Assembly: GCA_977017645.1 (NCBI GenBank)
Contig: OZ360249.1
Location: forward strand, 10,540,001-10,604,000
DNA length: 64,000 nt
Reading direction: 5' to 3'
DNA from: Torpedo marmorata
Taxonomy: Eukaryota
Positions 23,221 to 38,200 of the stretch are shown here, in pieces; the stretch's first letter is position 1, and each line of letters begins with the position of its first letter. A program made the position numbers and the translations under genes. The notes under the pieces are model-generated. The model did no database searches. It worked only from the letters and a program-made list of their open reading frames with translations, and was not told the origin of the DNA.

Positions 23221-26200
23221 CTTTTTAAGAAAGAGAAAATCTTGATGTTCATATATTGGCAATGCAGGGAAAGCACGATTACAAAACCATTATGACAATA
23301 TACAGAAGAACTAAAGAGCATATTTCATATTTTCTGATGCTGCAGGAACTAAATTTATTTTATGGTCTGATTGAACTCTGCTTTTAATTAGCAAATCCAA
23401 AAGAGTTTATACACATCAACTTTCTTTCCATCATTATCAAATAGTCAAACATCTTACCTTTTACAGCAAATTCAGAGTACATTTTCTATATTTAAACCAT
23501 GATTCCATAAATCTTAATGTACATACTTTATAGTTGAATGCCACATTTCCAAAAGCAAAATCCAATGATCACATACAATAACATTTTAATATTCTAACGC
23601 ATTAAAAGGTAGCCACAAACATCTATGTACTTAACCAAATACAAATATTTGAGAAAAATTACATTTCTGACAAAATTGATGCTACGCAAATAGATCAAAT
23701 CAGATTTGAACTCCACCTTAAACAATTGTTTTGTGCTATATCAGAAGCATATAAACAAAGAAAATTGGTATGAGAAAAGCTCATTTCTTCAGATTTATCG
23801 GCTCAGAAATTCATCTGCATCCAAGCAGATCTGAAACAAAGCAGAACTCCGGACTTAATGATAATCTGCAAGCTAGCCCTAGAGACAGCAAAAGGTGATT
23901 GATCGGATATGCAATACCCAAATATTTGGAAAAGGTTACAAGATTGAAAGATTTATTGCGACATGATTTGCCGACTTTATCCATCAATAATGTGCTATCC
24001 AGAATAACATTCAGATATTGATACAATGCCACAGTACAATGGTTTCAATGTGAATTTTAGTTGGCAAATTTCTTAATTTTTTTTGGGAGTGGAGAGATAG
24101 GAATAAACCATGGTGCAGCAGGTAATTAGGGAAAATATTCCCTTTGGTTTATTCCCACTCCAAAGGACAGTTATTTCTCAGAATGCAGCCAAAGTTTCCC
24201 CATAACCAGGGGTAAATAGATACGAAAAACAAATACAGAGCTTGAAAAATCACGAGCATTCAATCATTGTTTGGAGATTGTCCTCCATCACACCAATTCT
24301 ATCGCGAATTGGAGTTACAAAACAATGGGCTTCAATATTTTAGTTATGCTGTTGCTTCAATGTATTATCACGGGACATGGACAATACTGGAAAGGCCAGC
24401 ATTTAATGTCCACTTCTAATTGCCCTGGAATTGAATACTTCAGAAGGCAATCAAGAGTTGAACACATTAACACGTGTCTGGTGTCACGTATATCATGGAC
24501 TATCCAAGGATGGCACATTTCCTTATCTGAAGGAAAATAATGATCCAAATAAGTTTAATGATAGTTCAGCCATCTTATCACCACCATCATCCGCTTTAAT
24601 CAAAACCAGGTTCAATTCATAGAAACAAAGAAAGGAACAGGCCTTCCAACTGTGCTCCACCAATGATGATACAAACTCAGTATAACCTGACCAGCTTTCT
24701 GCACGTCAGCCTTGATTCCTCTAGCCGAAAGAGCAATACCCAACTCCTCTTTAAATACATTCAATAATTTGGATTCAACTGCATCGTGTTGGTGAATTCC
24801 ACATGTTTAATCACTCTTTAGAAGTTTCTCCTCACCTTTGTCTTAAATGGTCTACCCCGTATCCTTGATCCTGCACTTCCAGGTTTTTTAGATTTCTCAG
24901 AGATCTCTCAAACTTCCAACGTCCATTAAATCAGCCTTATTGATTCAATGTCAGTCCTGCCACCCCAGGAATTGACCTAATGAGCTTTCATTAAACTCCC
25001 TTACAACAGGAACATCCTTTCTCAGATGAGACGACCAAAACACACAATTTTCTGATGTTGCATCCTGTTATTACCAAAGTAGATAACCTCATATCCAACG
25101 TTAAATCACATCTGCCATGCAACTGTTCACTCCCTGAACCTGTCCAAATCAACCTGGACTTCATTGAATCCTTTTCAATATTCTCCCTCCTGTCCAACTT
25201 TGTGGCTGCAAACTTGGATATATTACATTTAATTCCCTCATCCAATTCATTCATATAGTCCTGTGAATATCTGGGACCCCAGCACTGATCACTGTGACAC
25301 CATCTGCCACTCAGACTTATTTATTCCAAATCCTTAATATCAATAATAAACAACATTGAACCCAGCACAGATCACTGCAACACACCTCTGGTCACGGGTC
25401 TTCAATTAGAAAAGCAACCGTCCACTACTACCCTCGGACTCCTTCCTTAACACCACTTTTAAATTCAATGGGCCAGCCCCCTTGGATCTCATATAATCTA
25501 ACCTTGCATTCTAACCTACTATATGGGACAGTGTCAAAAGCCTTGCTAAAGTCCATGTCCACCACCCTGCCCTCATCAATTCTCTGTCACTTCTTCAAAC
25601 CTTCAAATTTGCAATAGACGATTTCCCATCTCCAATATGCGCCTGCCTATCCAAATGCTGATAAATCCTGTACCTCAGAATCCCAAGTCACCCATGGCCA
25701 AAGATGATGCAAATATCTCTGCAAGGGCCTCTACAATTTCTTCCCTAGCTTCTCACGGTCTGAGGATGAAGTTGCTGAGGCCCTGATTTCCGGTTTCTGA
25801 TGAAGGGTTTCGGCCCGAAACGTTGACCATCTATTGCCTTTTCTAGATGCTGCCTGACCTGCTAAGTTTCTCCAGCATGTTGTGTTGCTTATGGATCGTT
25901 AAACAAGTTCCATGCAATAAATCATGACACAAGTGTTGACTCCTGAAGCAAGATGTCAGATTGGTGGGTGCAAACAAGAAATTCCACAGCAAAGTGCCAA
26001 GTGCCTTAAACCAATTCTAACTAGGTCAATTATTGGGAGACTCCAAGATGGAGCAAGAAAATACTGAATTATAGCTGCTATCTCTATTCTCACTTTTGGA
26101 ACACATATCCAGGATAACTAATTATTGTCAAGGCTACCGTAAGAACAGCATTGCTGTTGCCTCAACAGCTATCAATTGAACCATCTGCTGCTGCTACTCG

Positions 26201-29200
26201 CTAATTAGCACTTCAAAAAATGGACAGAACCTTTTAAAATAGCTGGATCTGAAAGCTGATAACATTGATCCAACATTGAAAAGGTGGACACATACTAGAC
26301 CCAAAAAAATTCCACATCCCTTATAGTTCTAAAAATGTAGCCTTGGAAGTACCCTTTCATTCAGTACCCCTTGTGAATAAAATCATAGAAATTTGTGGCA
26401 TTAGAGGATTTTCCGCTATTGAGGCTACCCTACGTCCCAGCTCTGTATCTGTAACTTGATAGATCACAGCACATGTTCACCCAAGCACTTTTCTGGATCC
26501 ATATTGACACAAAGGCTAAAGAACAGCCCCATCACTGGTGAAAACATTTTTCCTCATCTACAATTCTTTGACCAATTACCTTCAATCCATGCCAGTTAAT
26601 ATCAACTTCATTAAATCTTCCTTTGGTTTCCTTTGATCCAAACCAAAGAGTCTGGCCATTTTCTTCTAACTTTCTCCAGACTTGACAACATCCAAGCTAA
26701 AAACTTTGAATTCCCTCTGGAAACATTGCATTCTCTCATAATAGCGCCAGAAGAATCTTCCCTACCAACTCAAGGTCTTTACTAAGATCTTGTGTTGGTT
26801 TCTACATTATTCTCGTCCTGAATGCGGAAAAGGCCAACAAACAGGAGAGCATCCAACTCAGACGGCTGAGACGAGCTGAATGAGTACAATGTTCTTTCTT
26901 CCATTAAATTTTATGGACAATACTTTTTCCCCCACAATATTTAGCTCTAACTCTTGTTTACCATTTACTTTTTTCTCATGAATCAAGACAGTTCTTGTTT
27001 GAGATCAAGTAAGCGCAAGATTAACTTTAAAAAGGCTTTCCAATTAAGAGGTCATAGCGACAGATCTTGTGAATACATTTTAGGGAATGAAAGTTATTAA
27101 CATATAGCAGCAAACAAGGGTTAAGAAAACATCAGTTGGGTTGGTTTTCAGGCTTTGTCTTGGATTCAAGTTGCAGAGTTACAAAAGGAAAGGAAATAAT
27201 GATTAGGAAGCCAGATTGGAAATAATGGGAGGAGTTCCAGAAAGCAGAGAAAATGGAGGAAGGCTAAAGTTTTTACAATTATGAACTTCAATGGAATAAA
27301 AACAACTTTTCTTTTCCAGGGAATCAATGGCAAGTAAACACTAATTTAAACAACCCGAGGATACTGGGCCAAAAATAATTTTAGATGGATTACAAAATTG
27401 AGGCAAAGACCATTCTTTCTTTTTGGAAAAAGTGAGCAGAGAAAACTATACCAACAAAAACATCTCAAATGGAAACATCAATTTCAAATCTGTCAAAGCA
27501 CATTTTTGTACTTCCACAATCATAATTATAATGTATTGGTTCAGAGCAAAACAAAATTGACCAACCCACGGGTGGCATGGTTAGTGTAGCGGTTAGCGCA
27601 ATGCTATTACTGCGCCAGCGACCGGGCGGGGTTCAAATCCGGCACTGTCTGTAAGGAGTTTGTACATTCTCTACGGTCTGCGTGGGTTTCCTCCCACCCT
27701 TCAAAATGTATGGGGTTGTAGGTTAATTGGGTGTATTTGAGCGGCACGGGCTCATGGGCAGGAAGGGCCTGTTCCCGTGCTGTATGTCTAATTTTTAAAA
27801 TTTGGGCCTACAGCATACAAGTTCAAAGGAGAATGAATAATGCCATGTCAAATGGAACTGATAATACAGCACTGCTGAAACACTATCTGGGAAATCATGG
27901 GTGTCAAATTTCATACAACTAATAACAGAATGAACAAAGATTGAAAACTTGTTTTGTGAACAAGCAAAATGAAAGCAGCAAACACAAAGTCGATAGTGAA
28001 CAAAGAGGGCATAATTGGTAAAAGTAGGTCTCAGGGTCAACAAGATGACACCTGATCTTGTATCTCAACCCACCCAGTTCCCATACTCAACAGACAAAAT
28101 CAGATCTGTTGAGTGGATTCACTGTCTGTGCATCCACAATTCTCTGAGGTAGAGAATCAATTTTTAAAAATTGTCACGACCCATAGTCAACCTCCAGAGA
28201 AAATAGCCTTGAATCTATCCTCCCTGAGATCACGTCTCATTCTTTTGAGGTGCGAGGAGTACGTTAATTAATCTCTTCAAAAGACAAAACATTTACCTCA
28301 GAATTAATCTTTCTAGCCAATATACTTGGAGCTGACTGCAAGTACGTATGTTAGCAAAGGAAGCCAAAAATGCAGGCCACTTCAATTGTTTCACCAAAAT
28401 CCCATCAATTCTCATCAAATCCTACTTAGCTTTGTCCTCCAACTCTTTTGCAATCAAGATCAATATTCCAAATTGCTTACTGTGGCTGAACATTTACCTT
28501 TAGCATTTCATGAACAACTGCACCAAAAAACCTTCTGCACCTATCCAACTCACATTTTTCATTCATAGTTCGTTTGCCACCACCATGGCTGTTTGCTTAA
28601 TCTGTTCTTGTAGAAATTTCCTGCCTTTCTCACTGCACACAGGCAGAAGAGACTACAGATGTTGAAATCTCAGGAAAACAATGAGAAACTGGAGAGACTC
28701 GGGAGCCTAAGGCAGCATCATGGAAAGAAATGGACAGTCAACGTTTCTGGTTGGGTCCCCTTTTCGACATTTTTTTCTCCTTGCTTTACATCATTGGGCG
28801 AGTGGAATGCAATATACACCCGTTTTTACATTCAAGTCATTAAACAAATTATGAAGTGTGGGACCTCATTAGTAACCTGTAAAAGACCCACATCCCCATT
28901 CTTTGCCTTGCGTCTTTCAACCAAGCCAATAGAAAAAGATGCAAAAATATACATAGAAAGAGATGCAAATGTCAAGAGTGTTTGACGCAGATGAAATGAG
29001 GCCATGCAAAATCACAGTGCCTATTGAGTAAGTGAATATGCTTGCTAGAAAATGAAGTGTAGTACAGAATTAGGCCCTGTGGCCCACAATGTCCGTGCTG
29101 ACCACAATGCCAAATTAAACTAATCCCATCTACCTGTACATGATCCATTATCGCTCCATTCCCTGCACTCTCTTAAACACCACTATCGTATCACTACCCA

Positions 29201-32200
29201 CCTCAGGCAACGTGTTCCAGGCACTCATGTCTCCAAATAACAAGAATGAGGGTTCAAGTTGCAGTGTAGAGATTTGGCAGGAATCCCAGTTAATAATCTA
29301 GAATTCAAATGAGGTGTTGTTGTATTAGAAGGGCTACCTTTCAGAGAAATTGTAATCTGATGCCCTTTACTCTCCCCCAGGTGGACATGAAATATCCCAT
29401 AGCACCATTTTCAAAAATAGGTAATTTATCCCCGTGTCCTATCCTACAGATTGTAGTCACTCAGTTGATTGTTGAGTGTGCACTCAAGGTGGCTGGCAGA
29501 TTCCCTATATTATAACACTGGCTATTGTAATATTACATAGTATTTCAATGACTATAAAGCAATTTAGAACTAGAGGTCATGAACACCATTAATTACCCTT
29601 TCTTCCATTTATATTAAAGAGTGGTTAGAAATAAAAGACCATCTAGTTTACATTAGGGCTTACAGAACACAAGGCGGCCAAAGCCATTTGTTCATGGGGC
29701 AGAGAACAAGGAAGACCAAATCAGGTACATCACAAATAAACTGTCCTATCAAATTTTGCTCTTTCTTAAATCTGAATTTAGGACTCCCCATGGTGTTCTA
29801 CAGAAGTGTTAAGTTATCAAAGGATTTATCTGTGTGGCTTGGAATGACTGGTTTGGGTAAATGCTTAAGATCTAGTGGTGTTACATGAAAGTGACAAGGA
29901 ACCCTACTGATATCTCAACCAACAATACTATGCCAATTAACATAGCCAGAATCAAATGTGACGATTATTATAAGGGTTGAAATTAGGGACAAATTTAAAC
30001 TCAAGAGAAAACAAAATCAAATTAAGACACTAAAGAACAAGCAGTGTTGGTCAGCAAACATAGGGAAGTAACATATGAACAGAACCTCGAACAATATTTG
30101 GACAGTAGAGCTTTGGAGTTTAGTGTTACAGGGTTAAAATTAAGAGGGTAACCAGAAGAGTACCAAAATAGTTGAAACTGGAGACAATGGGAACAAGAAT
30201 GAGGGGTCAGATGTGGATAGATGGAGATGGTAAAGTGCAATATAATGAGATGGCGGATGACAGGAGTTGGATCATAAATACAATGCCATGACAGCAAAGA
30301 ATACAACCAGCCTAAGAATGGAGATGGATTCAGTGCTAAAACAACATCATTTGTAACTTAAACTCAAGACAATGGATTCATTATAAGCAATGTTTAACTG
30401 GATGGCATTTTGGCTTTTTCTTGGGCAACATCACACAGGCAGTGTGACAATGCAGAACAGTTAAGAGTAATGTGGCAAGGGCTTGCTGAGTATCAGCAAT
30501 GACGTGGAACATGCTGGCTATCATATTCAAACAAGAAGTAAATTTAGGTTCATGATGTACTCCAGAGGTAATGATGTGGTGAAAAGACATGTTAGGAGAT
30601 TCTGTGGTTGCGACTGGATAGACAAAAATAAAACCAGGCAAAGACAATCCTACTCTGACATCCAACCAAGGTTAAACACACGAAAGGCTCAATTTTAACA
30701 TTTAAAGAAGAATTTGGACAGGTACATGGATGGGAGAGGTATGGAGGGCTATGGGCTGAGTGCAGGTCAGCGGGACTAGGCAAAAAAAGTTCGGCACAGA
30801 CTAGAGGGGCCGAGGTGGCCTGTTTCTGTGCTGTAATTGTTCTATGGTAGTCTGCAATGCTGGCATCTAAAGCCAAATACAATCTGCTGGAGGAACTTAG
30901 AAGGTCCAGCTGCATCAGTTGGAGAAAAAGAATGGTCAACGTTCTGAAAGTCCTGATGAAGAGTTTCAGCTTGAAACATTGACCATTCTTTTTCTCCCAC
31001 TGATGCTGCTTGATCCGTTCATTAAGTTTCTACAGCAGATTGTCTTTGGCTTTAAACAAATGAAAGGCTGCTGATACATCAAGAATTATCAGGAAGAATT
31101 TCGCACTAGTCTTAAGTAACAGAGTACATAATTTGATACAGTGGAAGCATTTATGTGGCAATAATTTAATGTAGTACAGTAATGCAGAATTCTGTCAGTA
31201 TCAGACAGATACTGGAGTGAAACACAAGTCTGCACACGCAGTGATTTAGTAAAAACGCAATGCTGGAGAAACTCAGCAGGTCACACAGCATTATTTATAT
31301 AAAAAAAGATAAAGATACATAACTAACGTTTCGGGCTTGAGCCCTTCAAGGTATAAGTAAAATGCAGGCAGGCGCTTTAATAAAATGGTTGGGGGGGGAA
31401 AGAGGGGCAGGGGAAGGAAAACGGGGGAGGGGGTGATAGCTGTAAATGGAGAGGGAAGGGGTGGAGAGCTGGAGGAAAGGAGACAGGGATAGGGAAGAGA
31501 AGGGAATGGGGGAGTGGTCTAGCAGAAACCAGAGAGGTCAATGTTAATGCCGTCCGGTTGGAGAGTACCCAGATGGAATATTAGGTGTTGCTCCTCCAAT
31601 TTACAGGTGGCCCTAGTTTGGCAGTGTATGAGGCCATGGACAGATCTGTCAGCACAGGACTGGAGCATAGAATTGAAGTGGTTCGCCAGTGGGAGATCCC
31701 CGTCATTGATGCGAACAGAGCGAAGGTGCTCAGCAAAGTGATCTCCCAGTCTGCATCCAGTCTCTCTGCTGTGGAGAAGACCACAACAGGAGCACCGGAT
31801 GCAGTCGATAACTCCCGCAGATTCACGTGAAGTGTTGCTTCACTTGGAAGGACTGTTTGGGGCTCTGCATGGTGATGAGGGAGGGGGTGTGGGCGCAAGT
31901 GTGGCACCATGCAGTCACAGGGGAAGGTACCAAGGGGTCGATTAGTGGGAAGGGATGAATGGACAAGGGAGTCACAGAGGGAGCAGTCCCTATGGAAGGT
32001 GGAGAGGTGAAAATGTGTTTGCTGGTGGGATCATGTTGTAGGTGACGGAAATTGCAGAGAATAATATACTGGATGTGGAGGTGGTAGGTGAAGACAAGGG
32101 GAATCCTGTTCTTGTCGCAACTAGGGGCACAGGGGGACAGGTGTGCAGGAAATAGAGGAAATGCAGGTAGAGGGGAAGCCATGTTTTTTGGAGGAGGAGG

Positions 32201-35200
32201 ATCTGGAATAGAAGACCTCATCTTGGGAGCAGATGTGAGAGGAATTAAGAGAAAGGAACAGAATCCTTACAGGGGACTGGATGTGAAGAAGTGTAGTTGA
32301 GGTAATTGAGGGAGTAGGTAGGTTTGTAGAAAATATCTGTAGAAAGTTTGTCTCCCAAGATGGAGACAGAGAGATCAAGAAAGGGGAGAGTGTCGCCAAG
32401 ATGCACCAAGCGAATTTGAGGTCGGCGTGAAAGTTAGCAGCAAAGTCAATAAAGTTGACAAGCTAGTCATAAGTGCACGAGGCAGCACCAATGTAGTCGT
32501 CAATGTAGTGGAGGAAGAGTTGAGGAGCTTTGCCTGTGTCGGCTTGTAGCATGGATTGCTCCACAAAGCCAACAAAAAGGGAGGCTTAGCTGGGACTCAT
32601 GGGGGTATACATAGCTACCCTTTTAACTTGGAGAAAGTGAGATTAGTCAAAGGATAAGTTATTGAGGGCGAGAACATTGCTCCACAAAGCCAACAAAAAA
32701 AAGGAGGCTTAGCTGGGACCAATGGGGGTATCCATAGCTACCCCTTTAACTTGGAGAAAGTGAGATTAGTCAAAGGAGAAGTTATTGAGGGCAAGAACAA
32801 GTTCTGCCAGGCAGAAGATGGTGGTGGTGGAGGGTGACTGGTTCAGTCTGTTGTTAAGAAAGAAGGGCTTTGAGACCTCCTGTATGGGGGATGGAGGTGA
32901 GAGATTGGACATCCAGAGTGAAAATGAGGCGGTCAAGTTCAGGGAATTGGAAATGCGAGGTATCATGGATGTAGGTAGGGAGGGACTTGACCGGAAAGGG
33001 GGGGATGAAGTCGAGGTAAGATGATACTAGTTCAGTGGGGCACGAGCATGCGGAAGCAATGGGTCTACCTGGATAATTGGGTTTGAGTACCTTGGATAGA
33101 AGGTAGAACAGGGCAGTGCACAGGGATGGGAAACAATGAAATTGGAGGCCGTGGGAGGGAGATGACCGAAGGTGATAAGGTTAGAGATGGTCCATGCAAC
33201 GGTGGCTTGGTGTTCTTTGGTGGGGTCCTGTTGTAGGGGTAAGAGTAGGTGCCCGAGAGCTGTCGCCTTACCTTGGCAAGGTAGATGTCAGCAGGCCAGA
33301 CGACAACAGCAGCGTCCTTGTCTGCAGGTTTTATAGTGAGGTTGGGATTTGTGCGGAGAGTGGAAGGCAGAGCGTTTCAAGGGGGTGAGATTGAAGAGAG
33401 GGGAGTGGTGAAGTTGAGACAGTTGATGTCTCGGCAGCAATTGGAAATATAAAGATCTAGAGCAGGCTACTAGCCAAGATGAGGTGTCCAAGAGGAAGGC
33501 GGCTTAAGGCAGGAGAAGGAGTCTTCAGCGAGAGGTGGAGGATCATGGTATAAGAAGTGGACAGACGATGAAAGGAAAAGCTCAGCATCGTGGCGTGCAT
33601 GGAACTCATTGAGATGTGGGCGAGGCCTCTACTGAAGACAGAGCGCTGTGTTTCTGAGAGGGGAAGATTGGTGGGGATGGTAAAGACCAAGCAGGGGTCA
33701 GAGAGAGATACTTCCAGCTAAGATGAATTATTAATGCAACCTTCTTTATCTCTGAGCTCTGAGTATCCAGGGCATTTATCTGTCCAAAATCAGCATTTCG
33801 AAATTTTCTTTAATATATTACATACACACAAAATGTAGTATGACTGACAAGTCAGCGCTTATTTCCAATTCCAAAATAGTCTTGACACTCATTAGCAACC
33901 TTGTTGAACTGCTGCACTGCTTGTAGCTTCTGTTGCATAGGCTCTATTTTGACCCAGCAAACAAGAAAATTAGTGACAAATTTCAAAATCTGTAGACTGG
34001 GAGAATTTTCAGAGGGGGTGGGGGGCACATCATTATCTACCTCAAGCCTTGTCTTAAGCAGTGGATTTAGTTGAGAAGATACCATTCAATATCCTAACCA
34101 AGTTGCTACAGTGCATTTTGTGAAAGTGAATGTTCAGGTTGATGAGTGGGATGCAGTTGTTTTGCCCTTAACAGTGAAGATGAAGCTGAAGTGGAGAGTA
34201 CGCATCAACTTCTTGACTTGTGGTTTTTAGATGGTTAAGTCATGGGGAATAAAGAGAGCAAGTTATCCACTGCAGAATACCACACCATTCAAGTTGTTGG
34301 CCCTGTTCAATGATGAAACTTGAAAATTTTGGTGGAAGATTAAGCAATGGTAATCGCACTGTATACCAAGCTGGGGGGTTGGACCCCTTATTGAAGATTG
34401 CCACTGCTTGTTATTTGTGTGCAGCTTCCAGCTACTAAATAGCCAGACTCGAATTTCAAAGTCTTGCTGTATGTGGTTATGCAACCAATATCTGATCACT
34501 GCTATTTGTTGGACAGTGAGCCAATTGGTGGAAGTGTTGCCATCATTGCAAGAGTGACTGACCTTTAAAAATACACAACACATTGCACTTTGAGATGCCC
34601 ACAACTCAAAACACACTATTCTAATTCTGCAGGTTGTGTATTAAGTTTGGGGTAGAGAAAGAAAATATTTTCCACTGAACTTTAATCTACCCAATGTAAT
34701 TTAAATTTCCAGGAAGATTTTAAAAACTTCTGCACCGAGGCTCAAAACATTAAGGAAGTGCAAAGCCAGTCTCATGAATACCAATTTATTCCAAGATTCA
34801 GCTTGGGTGTAAAATGGTCGGCAACATTGCAGACACTTCACCATCAAAAAACAGCCATGTCTAATAAGAGCAAGTCTGAACAACTCATCTTGGCACTCAA
34901 TACATTATCTGCCAAATCTCCGTCCTTCACATCACGACCAACATCATTAGCTGGAAATCAGTCAACCAACTATTGTATGGGTTGTAAGTGACTTGTGTAT
35001 TCTCAGCACAATTCCACTGTATTCGCTTCCTTTGAAGGATAAAGGAAAGCATTTTCTTACTGGCAAGAATAAAATAAAAATTATTGCATTTCATGCAGGG
35101 AAGCTTTCAGCAGCATTCTCAAGCAGAGAAATGTCTTGAAACCTGCCAGCTTGTAGAAAGAAATGGGCAAAAATCGAGACGCTGGAGAAAAAAATAATTG

Positions 35201-38200
35201 AGGAATGAGGGGGAAAAGGGAAAAAATGGCCAGTTTTCTTGTCACAAAAGCAATTGTCTGTGTTTTAACATTATCTGATCGTACGGCATAAAATTGTTAA
35301 TCTTCAAATAGTTGGATAGACCATCTCCACTGAAAATAACAGCTGCACATAAAACATAAGCTTGCAATTTGTTTACATGATTTTCACAAACATGGTTAGC
35401 GGTTAAACCAGCGACCAGGGTTCGAATCCGGCGCTGTCTGTAAGAAGTTTGTACATTCTCCCCATGTCTGCATGGGTTTCCTCTGGGTATTCTGGTTTCC
35501 TCCCACCCCTCAAAACGTTGGGTGTAATTGGGCAGCACGGGCTCAAGGGCCGAAAGGGCCTGTTACAGTGTTGTATGTCTAAATTTAAATTTAAAATCAA
35601 GGGCATCAAATAAATGAACTGTTCAATGAACATTTGAAATGGCCAAATATTATCAATGCTAGCTAGGATTGTGGATTTTAAGGTTTACCATGAAACCTTG
35701 GTCATCAGACACCAAATAACTGCAAACCTATCTCCTTTGTATTGACATTTAAGCACAAACATGTTCAGTCATGAAAGAGCTAAAAACAGGCAAATTTAAA
35801 TAAAGTGCCTGATTATTCATGAGGCAGTCAAACTTCTTCAGGAATGGAGTCAAACACAAAACAGATTAGAAGGTATTTTGCGTACATTTTCCATTTCAAA
35901 TATGCCACACAACTTTTATCTATGGCCTTGATTTTAAAGCAAGGGATTACTGTACTGGATTTTTAGATAAGCCATGTTCCACTGGACACATTTCTAAGAC
36001 CATGGCAGGATTACAGTCCTGAATATCAACTGAATTAAAAAGAATCCTACATTTATTTGTTCTAGTATAATTCTGTAAAAGCCAAACATTTTATGCCACA
36101 ATCACAACAAAATACAATTACAACTCTGCTAAATTTACAACAAACTGGAAAGTGTAGTACAAAAGTCCTATTTGGCTGAACTGGTGAGAAATAATGTTAC
36201 ATATTGAAAAAGTATTGATTTAACAGAGGTCAGCCAAATATAACAATTAACAGAAATACAATTATAATTTTTATAATTTAATTTAGACATACAGCATGGT
36301 AACAGGCCATTACGGCCCATGAGTCCGTACCGCCCAATTTACACCCAATTAATCTACACCCCCGGTACGTTTCGAACTGTGGGAGGAAACTGGAGCCCAC
36401 GGGGAAAACCCACGCAGACACAGGGAGAACGTACAAACTCCTTACAGACAGCGCGGGATTCAAACCCTGGTCCCGATTGCTGGTGCTGTAAAGGGGTTGC
36501 GCTAATCGCTACGCCAACCGTGCCGCCCAAATTAAATGCCAAAATCAAGAGAGATTTACAGACAAAACCAAGTTCAGTTTCTGTTGTTGGCAGCAAGTCA
36601 AACTAATTTTTTTCCACAATCCACCCTGACCCTCTCAAGTTAAATCAAACACCAATGCAGAAGAACGATCACAATGCAACTTACCAGAGTGTCCCAACTT
36701 GGGTTTGCCTCTTGAATCAACCTTGAAGGCAAGCTGGATGGATCTGCAGACAATGGTGCTAGCACAGACTGTTGAAAGGTACTGCATCAAGAGATCTCCA
36801 GTAGTCTCCTCATGCTGCAATTTAGGGAAACAAAGATTAATTCAATTTGCAATGTTCAGATTGTAGCAAAGGCAATTTTATGCCACTCTATTATTTTTTT
36901 TAAATTTAGACAAATAGCACGGTAACAAACCCTTTCAGCCCATGAGTCCGTGACGCCCAATTACACCCAATTGACCTACACTCATTTTGAACAGTGGGAG
37001 GAAATACACGAAGACACAGGGAGAACATACAAACTCCTTACAGACAGTGCCGGATTTGAACCCCAGTCGCTGGCGCTGTAACAACATTGCACTAACCGTG
37101 CCACCCTAACAATATCCTTTTCCTCTGGCAAAATGCCAAGCACTTTGTTCGTAAAACAAGAACGCAAGTGGGAATTCTGATAATTAATTAATCATGGCCA
37201 CATTTATTAGGTTTAAAATAGGAACATGATCCTGTTTAATACTCTATGTGTTGAAAATAAAAAAACAAACCTATTGCCCAATGGATGGTTGGAGAACAAA
37301 GAAAGGTAAGATACAATTTTGTAGCACTTTGCTTTGTCTTTACCCCAGTTTTCAACCTTGTAGCCAAGCACTCTTATTTAATGAGCTAGATACATTTGAA
37401 AGATGGTGGGATAAGGGGACAAAATTGCAAAAACAAGGATTTAGGCAGGAAATGTAGTGGAGTTAAAGTAAAGGCAAGTACAGAAACTTCTCCCAATAAA
37501 AGGATATCACCACCAGAAAAATTGCAGGACTGTAACAAACACAAATTACATGTATTCCATCAATCACATATTATGGCCGCTAAGCTGGATTGACCAGGCC
37601 ATGACCTATCTCCCCCACCGACAGCCTAAATGTAGTAAATGCGAAGTATTTTAGGACATTTGTGAAAAAAAAATGCTGAAGTACAACAGAGAAGTTCTCA
37701 CTCTGACTGTGAACAAAGCAAGAGATGTGTTGTACCCAACAGTGAAAGTCGAGGCTGCTCAAAAATAGTGAGTTCAAGGATCTTAACTTTTATCGATATA
37801 AAACCGAGATTCAACTCACCAATTCATGCCCACTGTGACCCTGGTATTGGAAGCACACATTTCCCCGCTGGCCTACGTGTTGCTGCAATCCTTCCCACTC
37901 TGTTGAGTTGAGTTGCAACAAGTCTGCCACCTGTTTATCTGTACAGTGCACCCATGCCTCTGCTGTTCCATCCTCCACAATAATCCTGCAACAAAACAAT
38001 TCCTACTATTAACCCAATCATCAGCTCAAACCCAGCTTGCAGACAATATATACTATGCCAGAGAAATATGGAATAAATTCAAGTTTTCTTTCCCACAAAC
38101 AAGGGTGATGAGTTTTGTCAAGTGAAGTAAATCAGCAGACATTTGCATTGAGATTTTTCTTCCGAAAATAGCTAGAGAACTAAGGGACTTTTAAAGGGAA

